Assembly (NCBI RefSeq): GCF_018350175.1
Contig: NC_058368.1
Coordinates: 100,814,001-100,878,000, forward strand
Reading direction: 5' to 3'
DNA from: Felis catus
Lineage: Eukaryota
Length of the DNA stretch: 64,000 nt
Shown: in pieces, positions 1-12,590 of the stretch
Layout of the letters: every line of letters starts with the position of its first letter
Numbering within the stretch: position 1 is the first letter of the stretch
Notes under the pieces: model-generated
The model's input: the letters and a program-made list of their open reading frames with translations, nothing else
Database searches by the model: none
What the model was told of the DNA's origin: nothing
Program-made: the position numbers and the translations under genes

Positions 1-96
1 ACAAATGAATGTCATCAAAGCCCAGGCTCTTTCTGCCTTTCTGTTCTTTTGTTCGTTATCATTAGCACCTGTGTTTGAGTTTCAAGCAAGAGAAAT

Positions 97-276
97 TTTT
101 TTTTGTCAAAAACATTTTTTTATTTTTTATTTTTTTAAATATGAAATTTATTGTCAAATTGGTTTCCATACAACACCCAATGCTCATCCCAAAAGGTGCC
201 CTCCTCAATACCCATCACCCACCCCCCCCTCCCACCCCCCCCACCAACCCTCAGTTTGTTCTCAGTTTTTAAGAGT
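97..276 (-). mobile_element. 5'-truncated felid-type LINE-1 3' end
   Basis: T-rich tail followed by aaatatgaaatttattgtcaaattggtttccatacaacacccaatgctcatccc, which resembles the recalled cat L1 3'UTR. Candidate TSD aagagaaat at 88-96 and 277-285. Confidence 0.8.
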
Positions 277-667
277 AAGAGAAATGTTTTTAACTTTATT
301 CCTCTCAATTTTGTGTAACCTGCTTTATTTTGTTTTGTTTTCAGTAAGTCAGAACTTAAAACCCTAAGCGATTCTTCTAAATTTTTTAGTAACCCTTCCT
401 TGGAGCAAATCTGCAGAACTACTGTCTCATGTTGAGTGTGATACTTACTTGTCAGCTTTTCCATTGTGTCTTCATTTCTTTCTTCTTCCAAATGTGTCTC
501 TTTCTCCCCACGCCTCTTTTCAGGTCCTCTCCCTGTGTTCCCTCTTCTCCCTGTATTCTTTGCCTGTTTTTGTTCTGTATCCATCCTTTATAGATCTACA
601 ACCCTGCGGACCTTAATTCTGAATGGTGAATATTTACATATATTCATTAATTTAAAAAATGTCTTAA

Positions 668-1460
668 GATGCTCAACAGCACTCATCATCAGGGAAATGC
701 AGATTAAAACTACAGTGAAATATCACCTCACATATGTGAGAATAGCTAAAATCAAATAGTTAAGAAACAAGTGTTGGCAAGAATATAGAGAAAAAGGAAC
801 CATTTTGCACGGTTGGTGGGAATGCAAACTGGTGCAGCCACTATGGAAAACAGTATGGAAGTTCCTCAAAAAGTTAAAAAGAGCTACTACAATCCAGGAA
901 TCTTCCTATCGTGTATTTGCCCAGAAAATACAAAAACATTCAGGGGAATGCATGCACCCCTATGTTAATTGCAGCATTATTTACAATATGGAAGTCGCCC
1001 AAGTATCCATGGATAGATGAATGGATCAAGATGTGTTTGTGTGTGGATAAAATGGAATATTAGCCATAAAAGGAAATGAAATCTTGCCATTTGCAACAAC
1101 ATGGGTGGAGCTAAAGAGTATGTTACTAAATGAAGTAAGTCATTCAGGGTAAGAAATGCAATATGGTTTCGTTTATCTGTAGAATTTAAGAAACAACAAA
1201 TGAGCAAAGGAAAAAAAGAGAGAGGAAAACCAAGAAACAGACCCTTAAATATAGAGGACAAACTGATGGTTACCAGAGGGGAGGAGAGGGGAGGGAGTGC
1301 AGTAGGTGATGGGGATTAAGAGTGCACTTACCCTGATGAGCACTGAGTACTGTATAGAACTCTTGAATCACTGCGTAGTATGCCTCAAAGTAATACCAAC
1401 ACTGTATGTTAACTACAGTGGAACTAAAATTTAAAAAATTTTTTTAAAAATGAAAAAATA
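668..1460 (+). mobile_element. LINE-1 fragment (ORF2 C-terminus and 3'UTR), degenerate
   Basis: Translations [21 protein letters not shown] and [22 protein letters not shown] match the L1 ORF2p C-terminal region. Followed by a carnivore L1-like 3'UTR and an A-rich tail. Confidence 0.9.
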
Positions 1461-1652
1461 TACATCCCTATGAACATAAGGATTATGAAGATGAAGGATA
1501 GTTTCATGGCTTGTAAGAAATGATGAAAGTGATAATGATAGAAAGATTGATGTGAAGGGAGAGCAAAATGCAAATCTGTTCCTTTATTGTCTAATTTAAA
1601 AACACAAACCACTTAGTAAAATAGGAATTGTCATTTAAAATGTGCCTATTGA

Positions 1653-1878
1653 GGGGCACCAGTGTGGCTCAGTCGGTTAAGCTTCTGACTTTGGCTCAGG
1701 TCATGATCTCACGGCTCATGGGTTCGGCTCATGGCTTCGGGACCCACGTCAGGCTCTATGCTGACAGCTCAGAGCCTGGAGTCTCCTTTGGATTTTGTCT
1801 CCCTCTCTTTCTGCTCCTCCCCCACTTGCATTCTGGCTCTCTCAAAAATAAACATTAGAAAAAAAATCTTAAAAACAT
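1653..1878 (+). mobile_element. Can-SINE (SINEC_Fc-like)
   Basis: ggggcacc...tggctcagtcggttaagc head, ctgacagctcagagcctgga body, CT-rich region, aataaa/A tail. Confidence 0.9.
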
Positions 1879-4136
1879 AAAATGTGTGTATTAAGATGAG
1901 CAAAGTAGATTATATACAATCAGTTTGAAGAATAAAATTCCATTTTATGTGATAGTACTTGGCAAATTATAAGAAAGCGAGTAGTGATTGTAGTATTAAA
2001 AAATGACTACATTATAGTTTATCTGTAGGATAGAATTCCATGTAGTAAATAAATAAAAATGACATTAGTAGTATTTCGTGACATAGAAAGGTACCTACAA
2101 CTGACTGTTTTGCGGGAAAGGATACACACCTATAGGTATAATGGTGTAATATTTTTGTGAAAACCAAATCTGAGTTTGTGTGTATACCTACACCTTTAGA
2201 AAAAAACATTAAAAGGTAATTATCTCTGGAACAAAAAAATCTGTGTTATATTCCTGTTCCTAATTTTAACATTAAGCTTAATACTTTTTAAGAAACAGTT
2301 AACTATTTACTTCTGTGTAACCCTTAAGAAGTAAAGTTTTTCTGTCTTTTTCTAGAATGCCCTTTTCCAAGATGTTGATACCTCAGAATGCTAGTATGTG
2401 GTAGGATGACAAAGGAAAATCTAGACAATTGAGTTTTGTTAATGTAGGGTTTAACAAAGTTAAACCAGGTTTTTTTCCTATAAAACTTTGTGCAGCGCTT
2501 AACACGCTGCTATTTAGGACTCAAAGAGAGTGATGTGTATGTGATAAGTTTCAGACTTGCCTGATTATAGAACCAGTCTTTTTCCCGGAATACTGAAGGA
2601 GACTAGTATTCTACAGAGCTCACTTTGGAAAGCCATTTTAGAATGTAAGTAGTAGTAGGTAATGACATTTAGGTTTGAACTATTAGGATGTACAAAGTTT
2701 GGGTACGACATGTTTCGTCTTCCTTCCCGCTGGTTCATTTTACAAACGTCTGAGTACTTGCTGTTTGCCAGTTGTTGTGTGCGCTCCCGTGAACAACTTA
2801 TGCAAACTGCTTTAAGCAGTACACGGCCTAAACAACCAAATAACCCAATACCATTGGAAAACTTGAGTATTAAAACTGTAAGTAAAATTCCAGTGGGAGT
2901 ATACCACCATTTCTTTGACACAAAATTAACATTCCTGTTGCATCTCGTTTTTAGCTTGATAATATTGGCAGTAAATTTTTTTTAAGCCACAGTGTAGAAT
3001 GTATTGCACATACCTGCTACATGTTCTATTTCTGTTACAGTGTTTTCTTATGTGGGCTAATGACTTGAAGTTTAATGTATTAAAATATATAAAAACAGAA
3101 GTTAACATTTCGGCCCTGATAAAATAGTCGTTTTAACCACTGGGTAGAATTGTGACTTTATACCATTGTGACTTTATAGAAGGTTACCATTGCTTTTCAG
3201 AAGCTTTAGGTATGTTTTATAATCTTATAATAAGATCGAAGAAAATTAATGATTACATTTATTCTGTAGATGTATAATAAACATGTTAACTGTGAGGTAA
3301 AATACTATAATTGAAATACTAGTATATGTAGTCATTAAGGGAAGAATAATTTTGCAGAACATGAGATTAGATAAGTAATCAAGAATAATTAAATAGTGGA
3401 CCTTTTTTCTTTTTATGAAAGAATGTTAATTATGGATGGCAGAAACTTGGGCTTTTCTATGTTCTAATAAAGGAAAATATCTAAAGTTGGGCTAAAAGTG
3501 ATTTAGCAAGGGTGTTTCTCTTTACTTTTCATTTTTATTTTATGTTGTGTCCTATAAGAAAAACGTGAATCAAACTTTTAGCAAAACCTTATTAAAAATA
3601 GAATTTTGAAGAAAATCAGTCCTTGTCCAATAAAGACCAAAGCTGATTTGATAATTTGCTGACAGGCAAAAAAATCTGGTAGATGTTTCTCTGTTTTGGT
3701 GATAACAGCAGTAATAAAAAAAATAGTTGATTGGAATATATATAGTGATATGTGTTAGGACTCTGAAATATTAGCTCAGAACATGGTGACTCCACCCGAA
3801 GATCAAATTATTCAACAAACTCATATACCTTTTTGCAACTCTATACTTCACAGTGAGAAGTTTAGTAAATTATTTAATCTCTCCTGTGTCCCCATCTCCA
3901 CAGCCTGCCCTGTCTCTTTTTATATATGATGAACTTTCAAAAGAGGAATAAAAAGCTTTTTAGTCATTAAATTGCTGTAAGAGTCTAAACAATTAGAGTG
4001 AAAGCAGACTGATATTCTAAGAGGCAGACTGAGGACATCATTTTACCTATTTTTTTGGTTTGTTTTTGTGATTTTGTTCAAATAATATTTAAAGTGCTAC
4101 TCATAAATAAAGGAGAAATTTTATTCTTATATCTAG

Positions 4137-4212
4137 GTATCTTCAAAGAACAGTAAAGCATCCAACTTTACTACAGGATCCTGATTTAAGGCAGTTCCTG
4201 GAAAGTTCAGAG
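4137..4212 (+). CDS. SNX2: Sorting nexin 2 coding exon (76 nt; (R)[25 protein letters not shown], end of PX domain)
   Basis: Acceptor tctag|G, donor GAG|gtatta. The peptide matches recalled SNX2. Confidence 0.96.
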
Positions 4213-4292
4213 GTATTATTTCTACTTTAAATTTTTGTATGATACGAATTTTCTTATTATTTGTGTTTGTCATTTTATTTTTTAAAAATAAG

Positions 4293-4511
4293 GTTTTTTT
4301 TTAATGTTTTATTTATATTTGAGGGAGACAGACAGAGTGTGAGTGGGGGAAGGGCAGAGAGAGAGAGACACACACACACACAGAATCTGAAGCAGGCTCC
4401 AGGCTCTGAGCTGACAGCACAGAGCCTGACACAGGGCTCAAACTCACGAACTGTGAGATCATGACCTGAGCCAAAGTCGATGCTTAACCGACTGAGCCAC
4501 GCAGGCACCCC
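4293..4511 (-). mobile_element. Can-SINE, antisense, about 80 nt downstream of an SNX2 donor
   Basis: Reverse-complement consensus: tttaatgttttatttat...gcaggctccaggctctgagctg...gagccacgcaggcacccc. Confidence 0.92.
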
Positions 4512-4589
4512 TGTGTTTTGTCATTTTGATAATTTTTGTAAAAATAGATATTCGGTAAATGATGGGATTAGTGGATGGAACAAATTGAT

Positions 4590-4803
4590 TTTCTTTTTTC
4601 TTTTTTTTTGGGGGGGGGGTGGCGCTTAGTGTTTATTATGAGAGAGAGTGCATTCATGGGGGAGAGGCAGAGGGAGAGGGAGGGAGAGAATCTTAAGTTT
4701 GCTCCACACCCAGTTCTGAGCCTGACATGGGGCTCAATCTCATGACTGTGAGATCATAACCTGAGCTGAAATCAGGAGTTGATTTCAGCCACCCAGGTGC
4801 CCC
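4590..4803 (-). mobile_element. Can-SINE, older or more diverged
   Basis: T tail, gagagaatc, gagatcataacctgagctgaaatc, ends ccacccaggtgcccc. Confidence 0.8.
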
Positions 4804-5617
4804 TTGAGGTTAGTGTTTTAATAATTTAAATTATTAGTAAAATACCTTTTCTGCTTTGGTAACAGTAGGATGACCACTTTCTTTTTCAAAAATTTTTAAA
4901 CCAGATTTAGAAGAATGATCTCTAAATAGTCTAATTCTCAATGCCCTAAGTGGTTGTTTAGGCATTGTGTTGAAATAAGTTTATTCAGGCCTCCTTTTAG
5001 AGACAGCTAAATGTGTTTATATGTCTACATTCTAATATTCTTACCAAGGTTCTGAAAGCAAATTTATGACTTAAAAGAGCTTAAATTATAACCATGCTGC
5101 TCCTTTGATTTGAGATGCTTAGTACATTTGGGGCTTGTAACAGTTTACAGTTCTAATTATTACTATTTGAGATTTTTTTTTTAATTTACTGGAATACTAG
5201 AATTTTTTAAAAATTTAGAATCACACCCTCCTAGCTGAACATAAGGAGATTTTTCTCAAGACTTTCTTCTTTCCTTATAAACAAGTTTATTTCTGCAAGC
5301 AAACAGGTGGCCAGTGTTAAGGTACTTGACAATCTCTTAATATATTTTGACAAACAGAGTGTTGTTCCATCTAAATGTAAACGTGCTGAAGAAAAGCAAA
5401 TGGAAAGTCTATTTTTTAAGTTTTCCTTTGAGAGTGTACAAGTAGTGTATTTGAGAAATTAGATCTCACTATTGAAATGTATGAGAGTGAAGAAAATACA
5501 ACCTCCTTTTTTTTCTTTTTTTCTTTTTTTGGAGGGGGTGTGCAGTTCCTTTTGCGCCCACTTAAACCTCCAGCCTTTTAACCGGTTTGTTTGCCCTTAT
5601 TTGTCATTCAATTCCAG

Positions 5618-5731
5618 CTGCCTAGAGCAGTTAACACACAGGCTCTGAGTGGAGCAGGAATATTGAGGATGGTGAACAAGGCTGCCGACGCTGTCAACAA
5701 AATGACAATCAAGATGAATGAATCGGATGCA
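5618..5731 (+). CDS. SNX2: SNX2 coding exon (114 nt; [38 protein letters not shown])
   Basis: ttccag|CTG ... GCA|gtaaga, phase 0/0. Includes the region recalled as the SNX1/2 amphipathic helix. Confidence 0.97.
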
Positions 5732-5991
5732 GTAAGAGCTGATTTTTCGACTTGAATAATGAGATGAATTAATGAGCCCAACAATTGCATTTTAAAGCTG
5801 TACAAGTAGAAAATAGGATATTAATTTGCTTATTGAGTTTAGTCCTCAGCCACATCAGTTGACTACCATGGTTTTATATACACGGTTAATTTGTTGCTTT
5901 AAAACAAGGAATGTGGCTTGCTATTGGTAACCTAATTTACAGCGGTTTGTTCTTGCTAAATTAGCTCCATTTTTCATTTTTTTTTTCTTAG

Positions 5992-6085
5992 TGGTTTGAA
6001 GAAAAGCAGCAGCAATTTGAAAATCTGGATCAGCAACTTAGGAAACTTCATGCTAGTGTTGAAGCCTTGGTCTGTCATAGAAAAG
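5992..6085 (+). CDS. SNX2: SNX2 coding exon (94 nt; WFEEKQQQFENLDQQLRKLHASVEALVCHRK)
   Basis: Poly-T tract then ttag|TGG ... AAAG|gtttgt. Start of the BAR domain. Confidence 0.97.
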
Positions 6086-7474
6086 GTTTGTTTGCCTCGT
6101 TATTTATGTGTTTAACACCATTAGTTAATTACAAATTTTATTTAAATTTTATTAAAATGCACATTCTGGAGCTACTATAGAAGAGAGAGAACAATAGTTT
6201 AAGAGAATGTTTTCCATTTCAACCTTGTTAATATTTTTTTGTTCTGTTGTAACCTAACTTAGTTGAGAAGTATAAAAATCCTGAGCTTATAAAAGTATAT
6301 TTTAAAGTTTGGTTTAAAACTGTTGTTCATTTGATTAACACTTTGTTAACATTCATATAGTTTAATGAATGAAGATGTCTTATTAGTAACTGATACAGTT
6401 AAAAATATCAGCTTAAAAATTGATTTTTGAAATTTGTCTTTGAAAACTTCCTGTGTGCCTGCATTTCCTAGAAAATTTTGAATTATTTTCTTCATGTTTT
6501 GAACAGCCAAATTAAAAAGTCTAGGGGAGGGGCCGTTAAAAATTGATTGGCAATTTGAGTTGTATTTTTTTAATTCTATGATGAAGTTTTTGTTGTTTTC
6601 TAAGAATATGAGGATTTTCATGTTAGCTTTCTAAAGTACTTACTAAGTAATTTAGTATGTACCATTACCAGTAACCATTTCAGTAAAACAACTACAGAAA
6701 TACATCAGTACGCTTTTATTGAAAGTAGTTTATAACAGCTTTTGCCATTTATACTGTATCTTGTAGAGAATGACTTTATGGTTCTTTTAGAGAAAATTAT
6801 GTAATGTAGAGCAATTTCTAGGCAATGTATTATTAGTTCTTGGCATTATTTAGCTTATAAACATCTGTGTCTGAAATGATTATGTTCAGAAATCTGTTTA
6901 GAAATTCTTAGTATTTCCACCAAGCACTGTTCAAGCATTGTACACAAAGAAAAAAATAAGATTTTTATGAATTATACAATTCTCTACAGTTTTACCGTGA
7001 TTTTTTTCCTATTAGCTAAATAATGTTTTCGTTAAAAATTAGAGACATTTTCAATTTCAAATAAATGTGTAAAGGCCAAAAAATGTAGTATAAGTCAATT
7101 ACAAGTCCTCCCAGTGCTTTCCAGAGACAAGAAAATATGTTTTATCTTTTATAGGAATAGACAAAAACAGTGAGCGCTTCAGGAAGAAGAGGGAGGCAGA
7201 TTATATATAATTAAACATAGTTCATCCCTTGGGAATATAGGCAGTGGTTCTTCTTGATTTTTCTTTAATGTTCTTCTAATTTTCCGTAGAGCTCTGAGCA
7301 GTTGGCATGTATGCCGAAGGCGTCTTAATGACTGGTTGTTTTATGTTAATTATTTTAAGATAATTATTTGAGCAATACACGAACAGATAAAATTTAGAGA
7401 GAAAGTAGAGAAATCAATGCAGTATTTAAAAACTTTACTAGTGAACAGTAAAAGTGAATACTTTTTTATTTCAG

Positions 7475-7680
7475 AACTTTCAGCCAACACAGCTGCCTTT
7501 GCTAAAAGTGCTGCCATGTTAGGTAATTCTGAGGACCACACTGCTTTATCTAGAGCTCTGTCTCAGCTTGCGGAAGTGGAGGAGAAGATAGACCAGTTAC
7601 ATCAAGAACAGGCTTTTGCTGACTTTTATATGTTTTCAGAACTACTTAGTGACTACATTCGTCTTATTGCCGCAGTGAAA
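7475..7680 (+). CDS. SNX2: SNX2 coding exon (206 nt; [22 protein letters not shown]...YIRLIAAVK)
   Basis: tttcag|AA ... AAA|gtaagc. Frame is continuous with the previous exon and lies within ORF 7417..7806. Confidence 0.98.
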
Positions 7681-9589
7681 GTAAGCCTCATTTTGCAATC
7701 TTCCTTGAGTTTTTCTCACTTCAGTGGTTTGTTTTTAAGAAGAATTTGGTTACCCATTAGGCATGTATTTAAGTGTGTAAGTTCTGTATTCTCTCAGTAC
7801 ATATAGATGGCTTCAAGATGGATGATTCATAGCCGAATACTTTCTTCCACTGTGACTTGGACAACGTGGTAGATACAACTGATGTTTTTAAGAGGTGTAA
7901 ACAATGCCAAATACAGTGAAAACAATACACGTGTACCTACATACTTACCTATACAAGCTTGCACCTAACCGGTAGTATTTATTTGTCCACTCTAGCTTGA
8001 ACTAAAACTAGCCATGGACTCTGTTATCGTTAGTAAAGGTATGATAGGAAGCAGAACAAAACCAGAACTGGTTGTTGCATAAATGTTGAATGGTGGCTTG
8101 TAGCATTCATCTGAACTAGAAGCAAACATTCTTTGCACACACTGAAATATGTAGTCACTGTATATTTAGAGCTGACTCGGGACTAGATTAGATAATAAAT
8201 TGTGTTATCTTGTAATGTTTAAGGATGAACAGTAAGTTTCTGAATAGTTGGGAAAGTAATTTAGTTAACTAATGAAAATTGGTTTTCTACAGATGTCTCC
8301 AGTATTCATATAGTTAAAGTGCGTGTTATTTTATCTATCCTATGTTTCAAAAGGTACTTTAAGATCCTATGGTGTCTTTCGATTATTTTTATGAGCATTA
8401 ATCATCATAGGGTGGAGGAACTGGGAATTTACCTTTTACTTTGAATTCAGACAAAGTTACTGAGACCTTGTTCCTTTTTTTCAGTTAAAGTCTGTGTCCA
8501 ATTTAGTATTAATACATAGAACATTGATACACTGTATATTATTTACAATCCTTTTCTCAAGCTAACGGTGACAGTTATTGCTAGAGGGTTCTTAGCTCTA
8601 AAGAATGGCGCTATCTTGGGATTGGTAAAATTACCAGTTTTGGTCGTATTTACTCTTAGGTGTTACTCTGTATATTTCTGGTGGTTAATTGTACTTTTCA
8701 GTTACTTAAGGTAATATAGACAGCACTTATTAGAGTGTACTTCATTGTACATGGGCAACTTGTGATAGCAGAAATCCATATAATGGTTCCTGTTCCTCTC
8801 CCATCCAATCTCACCTCATTCCAGAACTCCCACTAGCATGAGGACTGCTGTAAAAAAGTAGAGCACCTTTCAAAATACCTATGGATCCAAAAAGGGAAGC
8901 CAGGCAGTGTCTGTAAGAAGGAGTACCTGCTGAGGAGCACTAACCCGGGAGATTACTCCCTGGTGGGAATGGCCTGCTTGTGTCTTGGGTGATGAGCCCT
9001 CACCTGGGCTGGCCCTGTGCTGCCTCCGTCTTCCTGCTGTATTTTTACCTTCTCTGAAATTCACTTAAGTTCATGTTTTGCAGAAAAACACTGACACCAG
9101 AAGATGTACCATGATCAACTGAGTTTGGGAGATAATGTATACAGTATCCCTGTCTTACAGATTGAGAGAGCATTAAAATGCTCATAACTGTCTAGGAGTA
9201 AAAAATAAAATAAAACATTTAACCTTATGTAATCCAGAGATTTACAAAGTCATATGAACAGGAGTTCTTTTTCATTTAATATCTTTTTACATAAATGGAA
9301 CAGACTTTGAGAAGAATTGAATTAGTGATTCCTTGACTGAAAGAAAGTTAAAGAGCCATGCTTAAGTTATATCTTGAAGTAAATGAAGCTCTTTCACATC
9401 GACTTTGTTTTCTGCTGAAACCTTGCCCAGGTCAGCTGCACAAAGGAGTTGAGAAATTATGGGATAGATTGAGAGGGAATTTTTGTGATCTTTGGTTTGG
9501 TTTGGTTTTTTTTTTAAACCGATTTATTTGTATTTGAAAATGTGATCCATGGACATATTAAATCTCACAACCCAAAAAGGTCAAGTTCA

Positions 9590-9815
9590 GGGGCTCCTGG
9601 GTTACTCAGTCAGGTAAGTGGCCGAGTTTGGCTCAGGTCACGATCTCGTGGTCTGTGGGTTCAAGCCCCACATCAGGCTTCGTGCTGACAGCTCAGAGCC
9701 TGGAGCCTGCTTCAGATTCTGTGTCGTCTTCTCTCTGTGCTCCTCCACTGCCTGCACTCTGTCTCTCTGTCTGTCTCTCAAAAATAAATAAACATTAAAA
9801 AAATTAAAAAAAAAA
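9590..9815 (+). mobile_element. Can-SINE
   Basis: ggggctcctggg head through aaaaataaataaacattaaaaaaa tail. Confidence 0.92.
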
Positions 9816-10966
9816 TACATTCTTGTATGTCTTTACAGCCTTAGCTATGCATGTGTATGACACTAATTTTCTTTTTCTTGCCACCTTTCTTTCTCTTTCT
9901 CTCTATTTGCCTCCCTCTCTGCATCTCTTCCTTGTTGAAGAAGGAGCATACTATATGTACCGTTCCTTGCCAGCTTTTTGACCCACTCCGTTTTGGGCAA
10001 GTGTTCGCGTTAGCCTCTGTAGATACATTACATTCTTTTTAAGGTTTGATTGGATAGCCTCAGTCTACTTGTAAATAGTAAGTTTTTTGAAAATCACTCT
10101 TTGGGCATAAACTTCCTAGAAGTAGATAGAGTTGCTTGGCCAAAGGGTATATGAATTTTAAATTTCAGTAAATACTCTCTTGTTACTGTCTGAAGAGATT
10201 ATACTCCTTTGTACTCCCATCATCGTATGTGTTCCTTCTTCTCCCACCCAAATAACAAAGGTGCTTTTTGGTATAAGTTTTCATTTCTTTAGTTATTGTG
10301 AATTTAAGCCTCTTTACAAATGTTAAGCCATTTCCATTTCTTTTTGTGTGTGTGAACTCTTCATGTCCTGTGCCCAGTTTTCTTTTGTGTTTGGTCTTCT
10401 GTATTTCTAATAGCTACTTAATACTACCTAGCCCTTTGTTTTTATCCATATTGAAAATACTTTTCTGATGATAAGTTTGAAACTAAAAGTGCTTTAGAGC
10501 CAAAGTGGGGAAGGAGCTAAGACCAACCACTTACAGTATTACTTAAGCCTGGCCGTGTATCCAGGAAACTCCTGCTTTTCTCTTTGTACGGGGCATGGCC
10601 TCTCACATGTAGGACTCCACATTTTGGCTAGTAATGTTACCTAACATATATTAAGCATTGTACACATTGTATGCATTCTCATGTATTGGCTGCCTGTGAA
10701 CCCCTACAGTAGGGTCAGGGATTGAAAATATGGTTTTCAGTATGTTTTGCACTAGAACTTTTCATGAAGAATTCTTACAGAGAATGTAAATTTATAAAAC
10801 ATGTAAAATACCTTGTAAACCCACTAGATGGTTTCCCCAAACAGTTGAAAAGCTTCTTTGTTTGGCTATAAGTAATCAACATCCTTGGACGACTCCAGGA
10901 AGCTGAGTGGCATATTTTCAGAATCACTGAATTGGAAGGTGATATTAATTAAAATTAAAACTAGGA

Positions 10967-11100
10967 ATGGATGTGTGGATCGCTTAGTCAGTTGAGCGTC
11001 TGACTCTTGATGTCAACTCAGGTCTTGACCTCAGGGTGGTGAGCTCAAGCCCTGTGCTGGGCATGAAGTGTAAAACTAAAAAAAATTAAATTTAAAAACT
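10967..11100 (+). mobile_element. Short or older Can-SINE (tRNA-like head)
   Basis: cttagtcagttgagcgtctgactcttgat...gagctcaagccctgtgctgggc followed by an A-rich tail. Confidence 0.7.
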
Positions 11101-11339
11101 TAAAATTAAAATTGTAGTGTTTTGGTGGACCAGGGAAAATGTTCCACAACTGCAGCCTTGTCTAACCTAGGCCTGTTTGCATACAAATGTGTAACATAAA
11201 TTGGCAGAGGGATGGAGGTCCAAAGTAGTTCATCAGTGTAAATCTGTCTCTCTTACAGGAGAGGCTGGTTCTACTAGAGCAGATTTGGTTCTTGACATAC
11301 AAGACAAACATTAAGTTGTGATTTAACTCATTAAAAAAA

Positions 11340-11554
11340 ATTTTTTTTAATGTTTATTTATATTTGAGAGAGAGAGACAGTTCATAGTGCATGAGCAGGG
11401 GAGGAAGAGAGAGAGAGAGAGACAGAATTTGAAGCGGGTTCCAGGCTCCAAGCGGTCAGCACAGAACCCGATGCAGTTCTCAAACTTTGGAGCTGTGAGA
11501 TCATGACCTGAGCTGAAGTCAGATACTCAACTGTCCGAGCTACCTAGGCGCCCC
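11340..11554 (-). mobile_element. Can-SINE
   Basis: tttttaatgtttattta...gagatcatgacctgagctgaagtc...ggcgcccc. Confidence 0.9.
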
Positions 11555-12169
11555 TAACTGATTTTTAAGGTAGCATTTCTAGAATATCAAGTGTGGTTTT
11601 GATCTTTTTTTTTTTTTTTTTTTTTTTGGATTACAAGGAAAACAAATGAAGAAAAGTTATTTCTCTTTAGAGCTGAGATTAATTTTTTTTTATTATAACC
11701 TGACTTTCATAGTTCTGTCTTTATTTTAGAGCTCCTATATATGTGCCACAATAAACATATAATGGTTCTAGAATCTGATGAGATAATAAATTGGGCAGGG
11801 ATAAAATTAGTTTAAATTACTGTATCACCAAAAACGCCATTTTATATATATTGAGAACTTAAGCAAATATTGAAATTGAAGGGCATTTTGGTTAGCTTTT
11901 GCCCTGTATTCATACATATTTTAAGTAATCAAATTGTTACTAAACAGAGGAGTTTATAAATGAAGAGCTGATGTGGTGGCCCTCTTCTCTTAAAGATGAG
12001 AAATAAAATCTTAAATTTTGGTGTTGTGTATGTCTAGGGGGCTAATGAGGGGCAAGTGTTGTTTAAATGGTAGTGACTTTCTTCATCTACTTATGCTAAA
12101 TGTATTATTTTTCTTATTTTTCACGCAATTAATTTGGCTGAAGCAAAATTAAGTTCTAATAAATACCTT

Positions 12170-12277
12170 GGGACAGACACCTGGGTCGCTTGATTTTGGT
12201 TCAGGTCATTATCTTGCAGTTCCTGGTATCAGAGCCCTGGGACAGCTTCCGTGCTGATAGCACAGGGCCTGCTTGGG

Positions 12278-12333
<56 letters not shown>

Positions 12334-12590
12334 CCTCCCCTCTCTTGCTTGTGCACACACCTGCTCTCTCTCAAGTAAACATTTAAAATAAAAGAATGTC
12401 ATGAGGAAAATGTCTTTTAACTATAAGAAAAGCAGGCAGAGCACCTGGGTGGCTTAGTCAGTTGAGCATCCAACTTCGGCCCAGGTCGTGATCTCTCATT
12501 TCGCAGGTTTGAGCCACACAGCCAGAGCCTCTCTCTGCCCCTGCCCCACTTATGTGCTCTCTCTCTCAAAAATTAAACATTAAAAAAAAT
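12170..12590 (+). mobile_element. Two adjacent Can-SINEs (about 12170-12392 with a long (CT)n; about 12438-12590 internally deleted)
   Basis: Two SINE heads (cacctggg), each followed by a CT-rich region and an A tail. Confidence 0.8.

Noticed and set aside
1653..1740. tRNA genes
   Set aside because: The A/B-box-like sequences here and elsewhere are tRNA-derived SINE heads followed by a SINE body and A tail.
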